From Auanema rhodensis (taxonomy: Eukaryota; Animalia; Nematoda): 64,000 nt of DNA. The stretch is from contig OZ059899.1 in assembly GCA_964057225.1 (NCBI GenBank), positions 8,990,001 through 9,054,000 on the forward strand. The letters run 5' to 3'. Numbering within the stretch: position 1 is the first letter of the stretch; the number at the start of each line of letters is the position of its first letter. The notes under the pieces were generated by a model. It saw nothing but the letters and a program-made list of their open reading frames with translations, did no database searches and was not told the DNA's origin. Positions 35,938 to 48,759 of this stretch are shown in pieces. The position numbers were made by a program, and so were the translations under genes.

Positions 35938-36402
35938 ATGGAACTTTTATGTAACAAGTATTGTGTTACGTGCAAGGAAATATTTTCATCAGCCAAGCAT
36001 TTTAGTGATCACGTATTAAAAAGACATGACGGGATTCAACCCGTATGTAACAGTTATATCAGCAATGCTGACTTTATTCAAAAATATGGACATTTGGATG
36101 GTGTTCGTAGACGTTTGTGCCCTTATTGTAGTGAAACTTTTGGAACAAGATTCAATTGTCAGCGTCATATTCGGCGTCTTCATAATAGTAATGGAACGAA
36201 TGGTAAAGATGGTGATGGAAATGATACCAGCGAACCCTCTGAAAAAACTGAGGAGTTTGTACAGTCAACCGAACCAAAACGATGCCGCTGCAATAGTAAC
36301 CGAGAATATTCACAACACGAGCCGCGCATCGAACAAAACGGCGCTGAACTACCTTTTAAACCTTCGAAAATCGTAATGTGGTCTTGTATAACTGTTGAAT
36401 GA
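35938..36402 (+). CDS. C2H2 zinc-finger protein (unit 2)
   Basis: As unit 1. Confidence 0.75.
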   Translation: MELLCNKYCVTCKEIFSSAKHFSDHVLKRHDGIQPVCNSYISNADFIQKYGHLDGVRRRLCPYCSETFGTRFNCQRHIRRLHNSNGTNGKDGDGNDTSEPSEKTEEFVQSTEPKRCRCNSNREYSQHEPRIEQNGAELPFKPSKIVMWSCITVE

Positions 36403-36407
36403 AACAT

Positions 36408-37222
36408 TTATTTCACATTTTTAACATGTAATGTAACAACTGTAGAACCATAATTAAATTGCATAGGGCGGCCAAATTCATCTAAAATTTCAATACGTAT
36501 AGTATCGAGTGTTTGCTTAGTGATTGGTACATAACGAATAGGATTAAATGTTTTGGCAATCATTTTACCAAATTCGGTGGGAGGTGGTACAGGTAAACAT
36601 GCAAGTAAATTAGCTTTCACATTACCGAGAATGGAATATTCTACAATATCACAATATATATACATTGTATTAATGTTATTTGAAAAATCAATGGGGCGCC
36701 TGGCTATTAACGTGTCGTTGATAATTTTATTCTCAAAGCCAAGAAAATATGCGAGAGCATCACCGAGTGTTGCATTCAATAATAGCCGCTTACTTGTTAC
36801 AAACTCTATGCGTTGTAGTGTTTTGTTAAACCGAAACGTGGCGTCTGCCAGCATTTCCTTGACAAGTTTAGCCTCAGCTTGTCGATTATTATACCACTTT
36901 TTCACATCTTCATCTTTATCTATCAAACCCTTTATACGTGCTTCTTCCTCAGCTCCAAGAGGTTTAGTGCTGCTAGCAATAAATTGTTCTTTTCCAGCAT
37001 TGATTCCGCGTATTATTTCATCACCATTTGCATAGTTACCTTTGGGCAAGTGCAGAATAAACTTTCTGTTGGAAAAACGTAGTGTATAAGAAAGATTTTC
37101 TTGTACATTTAATATCGAACACGGAAAAATAATGTCTGTCAGCCCAATGCAATATCTGTTATTGCGTAGCCTTAATGTTTCAGGTAACCTGGTAAGAAAC
37201 ACTGATGAGGTATTACTTTTTT
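36408..37222 (-). pseudogene. Minor capsid gene, 5'-truncated (unit 2)
   Basis: Frame open, but a 169-bp deletion removes the ATG and promoter. Confidence 0.85.
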
Positions 37223-37823
37223 AACGCAATGTGGTAAAACTACCCTTATAAAACGTATATGTGAAAATACTGAAAAGTTTTTCAACGTCCCCATTGATAG
37301 AATATTCTGGTTCAGTCAATGTGGAGCATCGTCAGGTGTTCCATTAAATGATGAGCGTTTAATAGTTATTCAAGGACCACCTGATCCGGATATAATAAAA
37401 GAGCAAAAGGGAGTAAACACCATACTAGTGCTGGATGATTTGATAAATTTTTTCTCATCGAATAAAGCGGCTAAAGAATTACTCAACAACATTTTTACAG
37501 TGTGGGCACATCACTGGAATTTGGCAGTGTTTAATCTTGTGCAAGCTACATTTCAGCTAGACAGGACCAGTCGAATTAATAGTACATATATAATACTGAT
37601 GAAAAGTCATTCGGATATATTACAAATACGTAATTGTCTGCAACAATTATTTGGCCCCCGCTTTAAAAATGCTCTAGAAGCATATGATGATGCAATGTCT
37701 ACACCCTATAGTCATTTACTGATTGACAACCATCCTTTAACAAATGAGAAACAGCGTATACTATCAGATATAACAGCGGAGCACACTATTGTTTATGTAG
37801 CCAGAAATATATTCAGTGTTTAA
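37223..37823 (+). pseudogene. Packaging ATPase, 5'-truncated (unit 2)
   Basis: The same deletion removes the ATG and the start of Walker A. Confidence 0.88.
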
Positions 37824-37835
37824 TGTGCATGTTCA

Positions 37836-38144
37836 ATGAGTGGTCGTATTTTGTCAAATTACAACTTTTTATCTTCTTGTGCCAAAACCCCTTGTTCTGT
37901 TTCCTCATTTTCTTTTTCACAAATTGAAATTATTGTTGAAATTGTATTTAATATTGTGAAAAATAATAATTTTCTCTTAACTAACAAGGAATATAAAACC
38001 CTTTTGCCCATATCCTCATTATTACGTCAAATAGCTTTGATACGCACACCCGAAAAGGCTAAAACTTTATTGGCAACGATTTCACACAAACAATTGAAAA
38101 CAATAGTTTCATGCGGAATTGCTTATTTTGGTTTTAAAAGATGA
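37836..38144 (+). CDS. 102-aa Polinton protein (unit 2)
   Basis: As unit 1. Confidence 0.65.
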   Translation: MSGRILSNYNFLSSCAKTPCSVSSFSFSQIEIIVEIVFNIVKNNNFLLTNKEYKTLLPISSLLRQIALIRTPEKAKTLLATISHKQLKTIVSCGIAYFGFKR

Positions 38145-38878
38145 AACTCAATCATAAATATCGTCTAATCCCTGTTGATGATGAAACGCTGAATATAGAC
38201 AAGTTTGATGCTGAATTGAAGCTCTTACGAGAGAATAAATCTATACCCGATTATAAAAAGTCTGAACTATACGAAGACTTGATTACCCGTCTCAAAAACT
38301 ATAGAGAAAGCATAGATGCGCCTATATCAGTACAAGTGGAAAATGCTGATCCACCATTATTGCCAGAATACAAGCTGCCACGAAAGTATAACGATCTGTG
38401 GGAAAGATTTCCAGAGGTGCGTACAAACAAAAATAACCAACTTGTGATTAATAATGAGCCCGTACCAAACACAAATATTACAAAAATTTTGGATTTTGTA
38501 CTGGATAAAACAAAGACGGAACCCAATGGATTCTCAGTATTAGCCAAATTCTTAGCCAGTAATGGGGTCTCTAGCCCTAACAAGAAGGCAAAAAATGTAG
38601 AGCCTGCCGTCAGTAACAAGGATTCAGTTGATCCCGTGCCTACGTCCACATCGGCTGTCACAGACTTGGATGCTACTATTAATATATTACCTAGAACACC
38701 ACGTCATCGTAAGTCTGTTATTCGATATTCACCCTCTCCGCGTCGTACATTCAAATCCAAAGCTATAAATAAAAAGGCAAAACCCGCTGACACTGGTGAA
38801 TCATATTACACACCTCAGGCGGGAGAAACACAGAATGGCAAAGGCCGTAAACGATTCTACATTAGATTATGGAAGTAA
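38141..38878 (+). CDS. 245-aa Polinton protein (unit 2)
   Basis: As unit 1. Confidence 0.75.
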   Translation: MKLNHKYRLIPVDDETLNIDKFDAELKLLRENKSIPDYKKSELYEDLITRLKNYRESIDAPISVQVENADPPLLPEYKLPRKYNDLWERFPEVRTNKNNQLVINNEPVPNTNITKILDFVLDKTKTEPNGFSVLAKFLASNGVSSPNKKAKNVEPAVSNKDSVDPVPTSTSAVTDLDATINILPRTPRHRKSVIRYSPSPRRTFKSKAINKKAKPADTGESYYTPQAGETQNGKGRKRFYIRLWK

Positions 38879-39902
38879 TGTTTTGGAGAACATTTATTAT
38901 AATATTAAGCATCCAGCTTCTTATACGTCTGCCAAAAATCTATTATTGGAAGCGCGAAAGCATGGCATCGCAAAAGCACAAGTTGAAAGTTTTTTGCAAG
39001 ACTCTGAAACTTTTACAGGTCATAATCCAACCAGACTGCATATGCAGACTAAAAAGACTAGAGGCTGTGGTCGATTCCTAACAATGCAAGCAGATTTGAT
39101 TGATATGCAAAAATATAAAAAATTAAACGAAGGCTATGCTTACATGTTGACCATGATTGATGTTTATACACGCATGTTATATGTTAGGCCTTTGAAAACT
39201 AAAGGTGGTATAGAGGTTGCTAGTGCATTTGAAAGTTTATTCAAGAATTTTATACCAATTCAGCTGATTACTGATAATGGCACAGAGTTTTATAATAGTC
39301 ATTGTGAAAAACTATTCAAAAAGTTTGCCATACTGCACGGATCTACAAGTTCACCACAAAAGGCTGCAATGGTGGAGCGAGCAAATAGAACTTTAAAAAC
39401 GCGCATGATGAAATATCTCTATTACAAGAATAATCATCGATGGATTGATATACTAGATGACTTGGTCGAAGGAATAAACAAATCTTATAATCCGTCGATT
39501 AAAATGCGCCCCGTAGATGTTACAGCAAATATATTCGTTGAAGAATATGCACCAGCTGTTCGCAACCGATTCAAAATTGGTGATACTGTTCGCATAAGCA
39601 AAAATAGGCGTACTTTTGAAAAAAGCTACGAGTCTGGATATACAATGGAGCTGTTCACAATTGATGAGATTGTAGCCGGGAACCCAACCGTGTATAAACT
39701 TGTAGATTATAATGGTGAACGTATAAAGGGAATATTCTATGAGCCTGAACTTGTGTTGGCTTCTAATAAAAGCAACCAGTATTATATTGAGAAAGTTTTG
39801 AAAGAGCGTACACGAAATGGTAAACGCCAAGTATTTGTAAAATGGAGTGGCTATCCCGACAACTTTAATGAATGGATAGATGCAGAAAATTTAAATGTAT
39901 AA
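38835..39902 (+). CDS. RVE integrase-chromodomain, open frame (unit 2)
   Basis: DDE triad and chromodomain intact; first ATG at 38835. Confidence 0.9.
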   Translation: MAKAVNDSTLDYGSNVLENIYYNIKHPASYTSAKNLLLEARKHGIAKAQVESFLQDSETFTGHNPTRLHMQTKKTRGCGRFLTMQADLIDMQKYKKLNEGYAYMLTMIDVYTRMLYVRPLKTKGGIEVASAFESLFKNFIPIQLITDNGTEFYNSHCEKLFKKFAILHGSTSSPQKAAMVERANRTLKTRMMKYLYYKNNHRWIDILDDLVEGINKSYNPSIKMRPVDVTANIFVEEYAPAVRNRFKIGDTVRISKNRRTFEKSYESGYTMELFTIDEIVAGNPTVYKLVDYNGERIKGIFYEPELVLASNKSNQYYIEKVLKERTRNGKRQVFVKWSGYPDNFNEWIDAENLNV

Positions 39903-40197
39903 TTTTTCACTGTTATTGTAAACAATTGTATTAATAATAAATGATTTATTTGATCAATCATTCATATTGTAACAATAAAAAACTAGCAAAACATAAAAGC
40001 CAAGACAATGATATAACCTATAATTATAAACTGATTAATATTTAAATTTTTAATGCTTACCAGTTGGTTAGAGAGTCGGCTGTTGATGGATAATTTCAAA
40101 CTTCAAGAGCTGGAAAAAAATGTTACGGCTAAGAAAATTTAAATATAACATAACAAAATCAACCAACTGTCCATTAAACAGTTTGTGCTTGTTGTAG

Positions 40198-40786
40198 TCA
40201 AAATGATGGATCAAAACGGATAAGCATATTCAAGTTGAGCGCCTGTTGACTTAATTTAAAGTAGAACACATTCTGCTTATAACCAAAAGACTTGACAGTT
40301 GACTCATCAGTATAGATGGCAACCCATATTATTCAACAATTGTTTTGATGACATGCTAGAATAGGAACGCATCTGTAAAAGAAAAAATAATAATTAGAAT
40401 TAATAATTTTATAATCTTACATTGATTGTTGAATTTTCAGGTTTATAATGACGGAAAACTTTTAAAAGCCCTAAGGCATCATTCCTCGCTCTACACTTGA
40501 CACAGAGGCTGAAACAGTGGTACTCGTCTACGACTTGCAATGTATCCCTACAAGTTTTGCAGAGACATATTGGTCTCATAACTACAGGCTGTTGTGGAGA
40601 GCTATCCTTTGAGATTTGTACCTGCTTTTTTGGTATGTCTAAACAAAAAATAATTGATAACAAAAATAAAACCTTACCAAAGAATGTGGCAGCAAAGTTG
40701 GGTCCTGGTGTGGGTGGTCGTGGAACATCCGGTTCCGATGTCGAAGGTACAATATTCTCTAAATCAACAAGAGCGGAACGCTTCAT
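40198..40786 (-). pseudogene. D-box Cys-rich gene (unit 2), 5-bp deletion in last coding exon
   Basis: ggcaacccat versus ggcaatgtaacccat in unit 1, near 40320. Confidence 0.7.
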
Positions 40787-41556
40787 GTTTGTAGCCCAAT
40801 TGGAGGCTTTTCCTAAACAACAACGAACTTTTACGTCTAGGGTCCAAGTAGAGTAGAGGAAAGTCCTAGCAGCAGTCTGTTGACGTTGGATCAGATCGTC
40901 GGCTTGTTGGCAGAGGTGGATCGGCGAGAAGACTTGGTGGCGGAGCTGGATCGAAGAGTAGACTTGTTGACAGAGCTGGATCGTAGAGTCGACTTGATGG
41001 CGGAGCTGAAAAGTAGAGAGCCATGCCGAATTTACTAACCACGCCCCCAAACAGTTGCTAAAAACATACTTTTGAGGGCGTCAGCTGCTAAAAACATACT
41101 TTTGGGGGCGTCAGCTGTCAAAATCATATTTTCGGCGTCAGCTGTCAAAAATATACTTTTCCTCCCGATGCAGGCTCTCGAGCCTGCGCATGAATCAAAA
41201 TGCATGATTTTTTTTTTAAATTATTTTTTAATGTATTTTTAAATGAATTTTTATTATTTATATATTTGTAAATTGTATTTGTAAATATTTTTAAAATTAT
41301 TTCTTTTTAAATGTATTTTTAATATTTATATATGTCTTAAATATTATTATTTAATTATTTTATATTAAATGTATTTTATATATTTTTAAAATATTATTAA
41401 AATTATCTCCTTTTAAATGTATTTTTAATATTTATACATTTGAATAAACTTTTTAATATATATTGTTTTTGTTTTAATTTATAAAATTTGAATAAAATAT
41501 ATAAAAGCTAATTAATATGTTCACCGTACCTTTTATGGGTTAATCAATGGAACTCA

Positions 41557-42612
41557 TATCGAAGGTTAATTCGATAAGAAGTAATAAATATTTAAACTAA
41601 ATTTAATGAAACACATATCGAAGGTTAATTCGATAAGATATATTTTATATATTTATTTTTTAATTTTATTTGTTTACATTGTTTATAGATTGTGTTTTTT
41701 ATAGTTTATAATTATTAATTGAACTTTTAAAAAGTTTGTTGTTTATCTAGGCGAACCATTTTGTTCACCATACCTCTTATGGGTAAATCAATGGAACATA
41801 TATCGAAAGTTAATTCGATAAGAACGATATGGAATACAAAAGTTAATGGAACACATATCGAAGGTTAATTCGATAAGAACGATATGAAATACAAAAGTTA
41901 ATGGAACACATATCGAAGGTTAATTCGATAAGATCGTTAAAACAGGTGCACTGACCCACACAAAAACCACATGGCAAACGTTTTGTTCATTAAAATATGA
42001 TAAATAGCTGTACACCACATGTACCAAGTTGTCTAATATTTTCAAATTACATGAAAAATAGTTTAAAGAAATTTTTTTTTTAATTTTATATTAATTTATT
42101 CTAATATACTAACTCAATAAAACACATATCGAAGGTTAATTCGATAGGATTCACAAACAATTGTGTTGTTTCCAATGGAACACATATCGAAGATTAATTC
42201 GATAAGATCGTTAAAACAGGTGCGCTGACCCACACATGTACCACATGGCAAAAGTTTGTTCATAAAAATATGATAAATAGCTGTACAGCACAAGTACCCA
42301 TAACGCTAAAGAATACTTACTATGCCAAGGGGTCATGGGTATATACTTTTTAGTATCAAAAATGTTAATGGAACACATATCGAATATCAATTCGATAAGA
42401 TTGTGGAAACAGATACGTTGACCTACAATGAACCAAATGGCAAAGCACTTGTTCATTAAAGTATAACAAATAGCTGTATAGCATATGCATCAAGATTTCT
42501 AATATTCTCAAATTACGTGGAAAGAAGAGTATATAGAAAAAGTTTTAGTGTGTATATTACTAATATTCTAATACCCTAACTCAAAGAACACATATCGAAG
42601 ATTAATTCGATA
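41557..42612. promoter_or_regulatory. TATCGAA-N6-TTCGATA box array (unit 3)
   Basis: As unit 2. Confidence 0.6.
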
Positions 42613-42846
42613 AGATTGTTGAAACAGTTGCGCTGACCACAACAATACATGCGTATTTATTAACAGCGGATTGGCAACTGCCACTGTTGACAGCTGTAAT
42701 ATGATACAATGTTGAGTGTTGGCAACATTGTTACGTGACAATAAAACAACTGACTGTTCTTGCAATGAAATGTAATATAAATGTGTAAAATGAAATATGG
42801 ATAACTACCTCTCAGAGTTTGCATAAATTTATTCTAACAAGATACA

Positions 42847-43271
42847 ATGGCTGCTAACAGGTTGTGTTTTTTCCTATCTTTTTTTTTTAATTGAAATATT
42901 TATTTTCAGTTATAAGCGTGTATGTGAAGAGTTGGGGTTCGATTATGAGGAAATTTATCAACTCAGGTAATTTAACAATATTTTTAAAATATACATCTTT
43001 GTTTTTTTAGTAAGCGCATAAAACTTACCGAGAGTGGTGGTGTTGAGCTGTGTGACCCCGCAATAACCACTTCCAATAGTGGTCCCTCGTCATCAAGGGT
43101 TATTGAAGTTATCACCTTGGATGACAACGATAATGAGTAAGCTATCATATAATGAAAAAGCATGAAATTTTTTTTTTCAGAGAATGGAATCCCGAGATGC
43201 CATCAACTAGTGGAGAACAATTAGGAGGCGGTTCATCCTTCAACGATATTTGTCAAGTAAAGGTACGAGTT

Positions 43272-43304
<33 letters not shown>

Positions 43305-46300
43305 CATGTTACAATTCTTTTCACTCTATATCTTTTATTTGATTACATATCTTGAGCAATTTTGAATTCTGCCATCTATTTTTAAACAAATCATCATACA
43401 TTTGGTGGCTTTTTGAAAAATAAAATAAAATCTTATCCCAAATCCATGCCATAATATCATTTATTAAATTTTTATTCATTAAAATACACTTAAATTTAAA
43501 TATTTTGATGCTCAAAAACTGACACATTTAAATATTTTGTATTTTCTAAACCATTTCACTCCATCTCTTTTATTTAATTTCATATTTTAAACAATTTTAA
43601 ATTTTTACCACTACTTTATAATTTTTATTTATTAAACTTTTTAATCATTAAATTACACTTAAATTTAAATATTTTGATGCGCAAAAACAGAAACATTTAA
43701 ATATTTTGTTTTTTCTAAACCATTTCACTTCATCTATTTTAAACAATTGTATATTTCTACCACTATTTCATAATTTCATTTTTTAAATTTTTAATCATTA
43801 AAAAAAAAACATTTAAATTTCAATATTGTGATGCTCAAAAACTGAAACATGAAACAGATTTATATTGTCTAAGCCATTTCACTTCATCTCTTTTATTTAA
43901 TCACATATCTTGAACAAATTTAAATTTCTATCACTTTTTCATAATTTCGTTTATTAAATTTTTAATCATTAAAAAACATTTAAATTTCAATATTGTGATG
44001 CTCAAAAACTGAAACATTTAAATATTTTGTATTTTCTAAACCATTTCACTTCATCTCTTTTATTTATATATATTTTAAACAATTTTATAATTCTACTATT
44101 ATTTAATTTTTATTTATTAAATTTTTAAACATTAAAAAAAAAATTGATGCTCAAAAACTGAAACATTTAAATATTTTGTATTTTTCTAATCGTTTTGAAA
44201 CAAACTAAACATATATTTGAAAACATTTCAATTAAATAAAAAATAACGACTATAACAAACAAAGAGACATAATAATTTTAAGCAAAAGATGAAACAATTC
44301 ATATATATTCTTAAAACTATTTTTATTTAAACTTTTAAAAATAAAAATAAAAAAAGCTTGTAAACTGTTATAAATGTTGTTTATTATAGTGGTCACACCG
44401 GCGCATAAAACGCACCGGTCGTTTTACCAACGTGGTCGTTCGATCGCTCACGTTCCCACACTTGGAAAATGTTGATGAGCCAATGCATGTTATCATGCCG
44501 CGGTTATTCAACGAATTCCTTGATCGTTGTCTTGCTGAAAGCAGTGTGCCTGATAAGCAAAAAGCCTTATTTTGTTTATCAATTGAGCACCCTTCCTTTG
44601 AAAAGGGCTCCATATTTATGGACTTTCGTAGAAGGGAGCATCTGGATGGCGTAGCCATTATGAATGCCATCAGCAAGGTGCAGCAATCAAAACGAGAAGC
44701 TGTGATCAGCCAGGCAATGAATATTGAGATGTATGTGTTTGATGAAAGGCCAGCGCAGCCAAGCCTGATGCCTGGTGAAGGTAGAGTCGGGTTTTATTTT
44801 GACCCCGAACTCAAAATACCTGGAACCATTGCCAACACTGACTCACATTGTCTGGCTAGATCAGCAGTTGTGGGAATGTGGAAAGCTGACGAGCTGGCCA
44901 CTGAAGATGGCGATGAGAAGCGAAGGCTGCAAAACCTTCGTCGCAATTACATCTTATTGCCAAATCAGCCACACCATATCAATTTATTAAATAGGTGTGG
45001 TATTTCTGTAGATTTACCAAATTATAATTTAATTCATTTAAACATTATTGCCAGCTGTAATACAAACTATAAGTTTGTAGTATATGCTAGACCGCCTGGA
45101 CAGCGTATGTACACTATCCAGAAAATATTTAATGAAGCGGCTAGCAAATTGGTAACACTAGGTTACCGAAATAATCACTATGATTGTATTACAGCTGGTA
45201 GTCGTTCGAAAATTTTTGATGGTATTATATGTCAACACTGTAAGTTATCTTACAATACAGTGTTGCATAGATGTAAAGCCAAATGTAAAAAATGCCACAC
45301 CTATAATTGTAATGCGATGGGGAATGTGGTTGAGAGTAGCGTGAGGTGTGATAGTTGTAGAGTTTTGTTTAAAACTCAACAATGCTTCGATAGGCATTTG
45401 CGAAAAGCCTGCCGAAAATTCAAGGTATTTTGTGAAAATTTAAAGTTGTACATAACAAGCTTAAATTCAGACATGTGTGGCGTGTGATCACTATCACATG
45501 GTCCGTGCTGATAGACCGCACAATTGCAATGAAAAATTCTGCAAAAAGTGCGGTCAGACAAAGCCTGAAGAGCACTCTTGTTGTTGGGTTCCACCTAACG
45601 ACAAGAAGAAGGCTCAGCTAAAAAAGAAGCAAGAAAAGTTCAAGGTTTGTATTTAACATCTTTACAAGTGTAATGCTTACTTGTTTAAGATTATATTTTA
45701 TGACTTTGAAACAGTTGTGTTAAAAAACGGCACAAATGTTCATGAATATGCAGATGAACAATGGCCCAAGATGGTTGTGTATAACAAATTTTGTGAAAGT
45801 TGTATAGATGCCAATTCCTGTGAGAAATGCACAACCAAGGAGGGCCATTTTGGGTACCAACAAGGTGATAGTGAATGGTCTGTAACAGATCGTTTCCTTG
45901 ATTGGTTACTCAACTTTTCTGAGAATGATAATGCAATTTTGATTGCGCACAACGGGTCGCGCTTTGACATACATTTCTTGGTGTCTAGGCTGATAAACCG
46001 TGGAATATATCCTGACCCCATTTTAAATGGGACCAAGATTATTAGCATGGTTGTCAAGCCATTAAGAGGTCAAAACATTAACCATTTATGTTTTAAAGAT
46101 AGTTATTTACTAGTGCCTTTACCCTTATCAGCGTTACCCAAGGCGTTTGGTGTACCTGATATGAGTAAAGGACAATTCCCATACCTCTTTAACCACCCAA
46201 TAAATTATGGCAAAGTGCTACCATCCTTGCCACCAAAGCATTACTATTGTACTGCTAGAATGAAAGCAGAAGACCTAGCTTCATTCAATATTTGGTATAA

Positions 46301-48621
46301 GGAGCGTAATCAAAGTGTGTTTGATTTTGATGAGGAGCTTCTGGAATATTGTAGGACAGATGTCCGTATTTTAACCAACTGTATGAAAGTGTACATGAAG
46401 TTGGCCACCGCCACCACTGGCTGGAATCCTGTCATACAATGTATGACATTTGCCAGTTTCTTTTTATTCCAGGCAAGTTTTTTAAAATACAAGCATTTTC
46501 AAAACTAGTATATTACAGTTGAAAATGAACCACATTAAAGAGAACCAAGTGGGTATTCTGCCTGAGACTGGTTATTATGCCGGCCAGAAGCAGAGTATAA
46601 TTGCCATAAAATACATAAAATGGCTAGAACACGGATTAGGCCGCCCATTAATGCATAAGCTTAATGGTGGTGAATTTGTTGTGAGAGTAGATGGCCAACG
46701 CTATCTACTTGATGCTTATGACAGTGTGGCTAATCACGGCTATGAGGTGAGTAATTTGTAATAAATGTAAAAAATGATAAAATTTTGTAGTTTAATGGCT
46801 GTATTTATCATGGTTGCCCCCAGTGCACCAACAAGACTGCTATTGCACCAGGCAGAAATGGTGAAACAATGGAAGAGGTAAGCAATACTTTTTTTTAATC
46901 ATTTTAAGCTGAAACATTTAGGTTTATGAAAAAACCATGAAAAGGCTTGAGGCTATTCAAAGCCAGGGCATTAGTGTAACCACTGTGTGGGAACACGAAA
47001 TTACTGCTCAAATGTCATCAAATGAGCAAATGGCAAATTTTATGAAGGACACTGAGGTTGTAACTCGATTGGCACCTCGAGATGCCTTCACCGGCGGCCG
47101 AACTCAAACATATAAGCTTCTGGCCCAAGCTTCGGATAGATACTCACTAGAGTATGTGGACTTTTGTTCACTTTATCCATATGTAACGGCATTTGATGCC
47201 TATTACCCTGTGGGTAATCCTAAAATGATTACTGAGGGCTTTGAGAGTTTTGAGGCATGCTGCCCATACAAGGGCCTTGTGAAATGTGACGTGCTTGCAC
47301 CCACAAATTTGTTGTATCCTGTATTAGGAACACGCATAGGCGGTAAATTAATTTTTACAAACTGCCGCACATGTGCAAACAGAGGCAAAAATGTAACATG
47401 CCCGCACCAAGATGATGAAGACGCTCGAAAGCTGCATCTGACTGTAACGCATGTAGAGCTCGAATGTGCCATACAGCGTGGCTACAAAGTGCTTCATGTT
47501 TATGAGGTTTGGCACTGGGATGAATGGCAGCAAGGAGGCCTATTCAAGGATTTTGTACAAAAGTACATAAAAATTAAGCAAGAGGCATCGGGCTGGCCTA
47601 AGCCAAATATGACAGAGGCTGAAAAGGTATGTGTCATGAAAAGTATGGCATTAAATAGAATTTTACAGCTAAAATATCTCCAAGAGCACGAGGAGAACAC
47701 TGGTGTTGCTCTGGAGAGCAACAAAATTGAAAAGAATGCGGCCATGCGTAGCATTGCCAAACTACAGCTGAATAGGTATGTAAACTTTTAAAAATAAAAA
47801 TTTACAAATTTGCTTATAGTGTATGGGGTAAAATGGGTCAAAGACCGGATAAAGCCCAAACCAAGATTATTGGTGTTGAGGATCCTGAAATTGGTAGGAT
47901 CATAACTGATCCTGCAAGGGAACTCACGGGCTTCAAAATTGTGGACGATGTGGCGTACTGTACAACAGTGCCAGAGGACTCACACTTGGCACCAGCGCCG
48001 TTTACAAATGTAGCCATAGCGGCTTATACAACCGCTCATGCAAGGCTACTATTGTATAAGGCAATGGAAAAAATTGGAAAGAACTTGGTGTATACAGGTA
48101 ATTTTATACTTTGTATACAATTTAAACGTACATCATTTAGACACCGATTCTCTAATTTATTTAAAATGCCTCGATCAGCCTGATCCAATTGAGGATATGA
48201 AGGGTGAATGGTTAGGTAAACTAACCTCAGAAATACCCGATGGTTGGTCAATGACCAAATTTGTTTCACCACCTGCAAAAGTTTATAGTTATGAGCTAGT
48301 AAATGCAGCTGGTCAGGTCAAGTATATCACCAAGGCAAAGGGAGTGGTAAGTATAAAAATATATTATTGAGAAACTTTTTAAAATTACAGACGCTGGACC
48401 ACACGGCAGCCACCGTGGTAAACTATCAAAGTATGGAGCGATTGGTTCGAGGACTCGTGATGGATGAAGAAAAATTGGTTTTAAAAACCAAAACAACGTT
48501 ATTAAAGAGGCAGCTTGGTGCCATATCCACGATGGACATGACAAAGAGTACCAAGGTCGTAATGGATAAACTTTGTTATCTAGACGATTTTAGTACTTTA
48601 CCCTATGGTTATTGTGAATAA
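42847..48621 (+). CDS. pPolB: pPolB, 14 exons (unit 3)
   Basis: Same splice sites and motifs. Confidence 0.9.
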
Positions 48622-48759
48622 TTTTTAATATATTTGAATTTATAAATTTTATTATTGCGTGTATATTTGTATATGGTTGTATTTATAGATTTTTATGTAT
48701 AGTTGTATTAATAAATTTTATTCTTCTCATCAAATGTTTTAAAGAGTTTATTACATACA

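Larger units (their letters stand above)
25639..41011 (+). mobile_element. Polinton/Maverick unit 2 (15,373 bp)
   Basis: Terminus at 25639; same gene order as unit 1. Confidence 0.95.
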
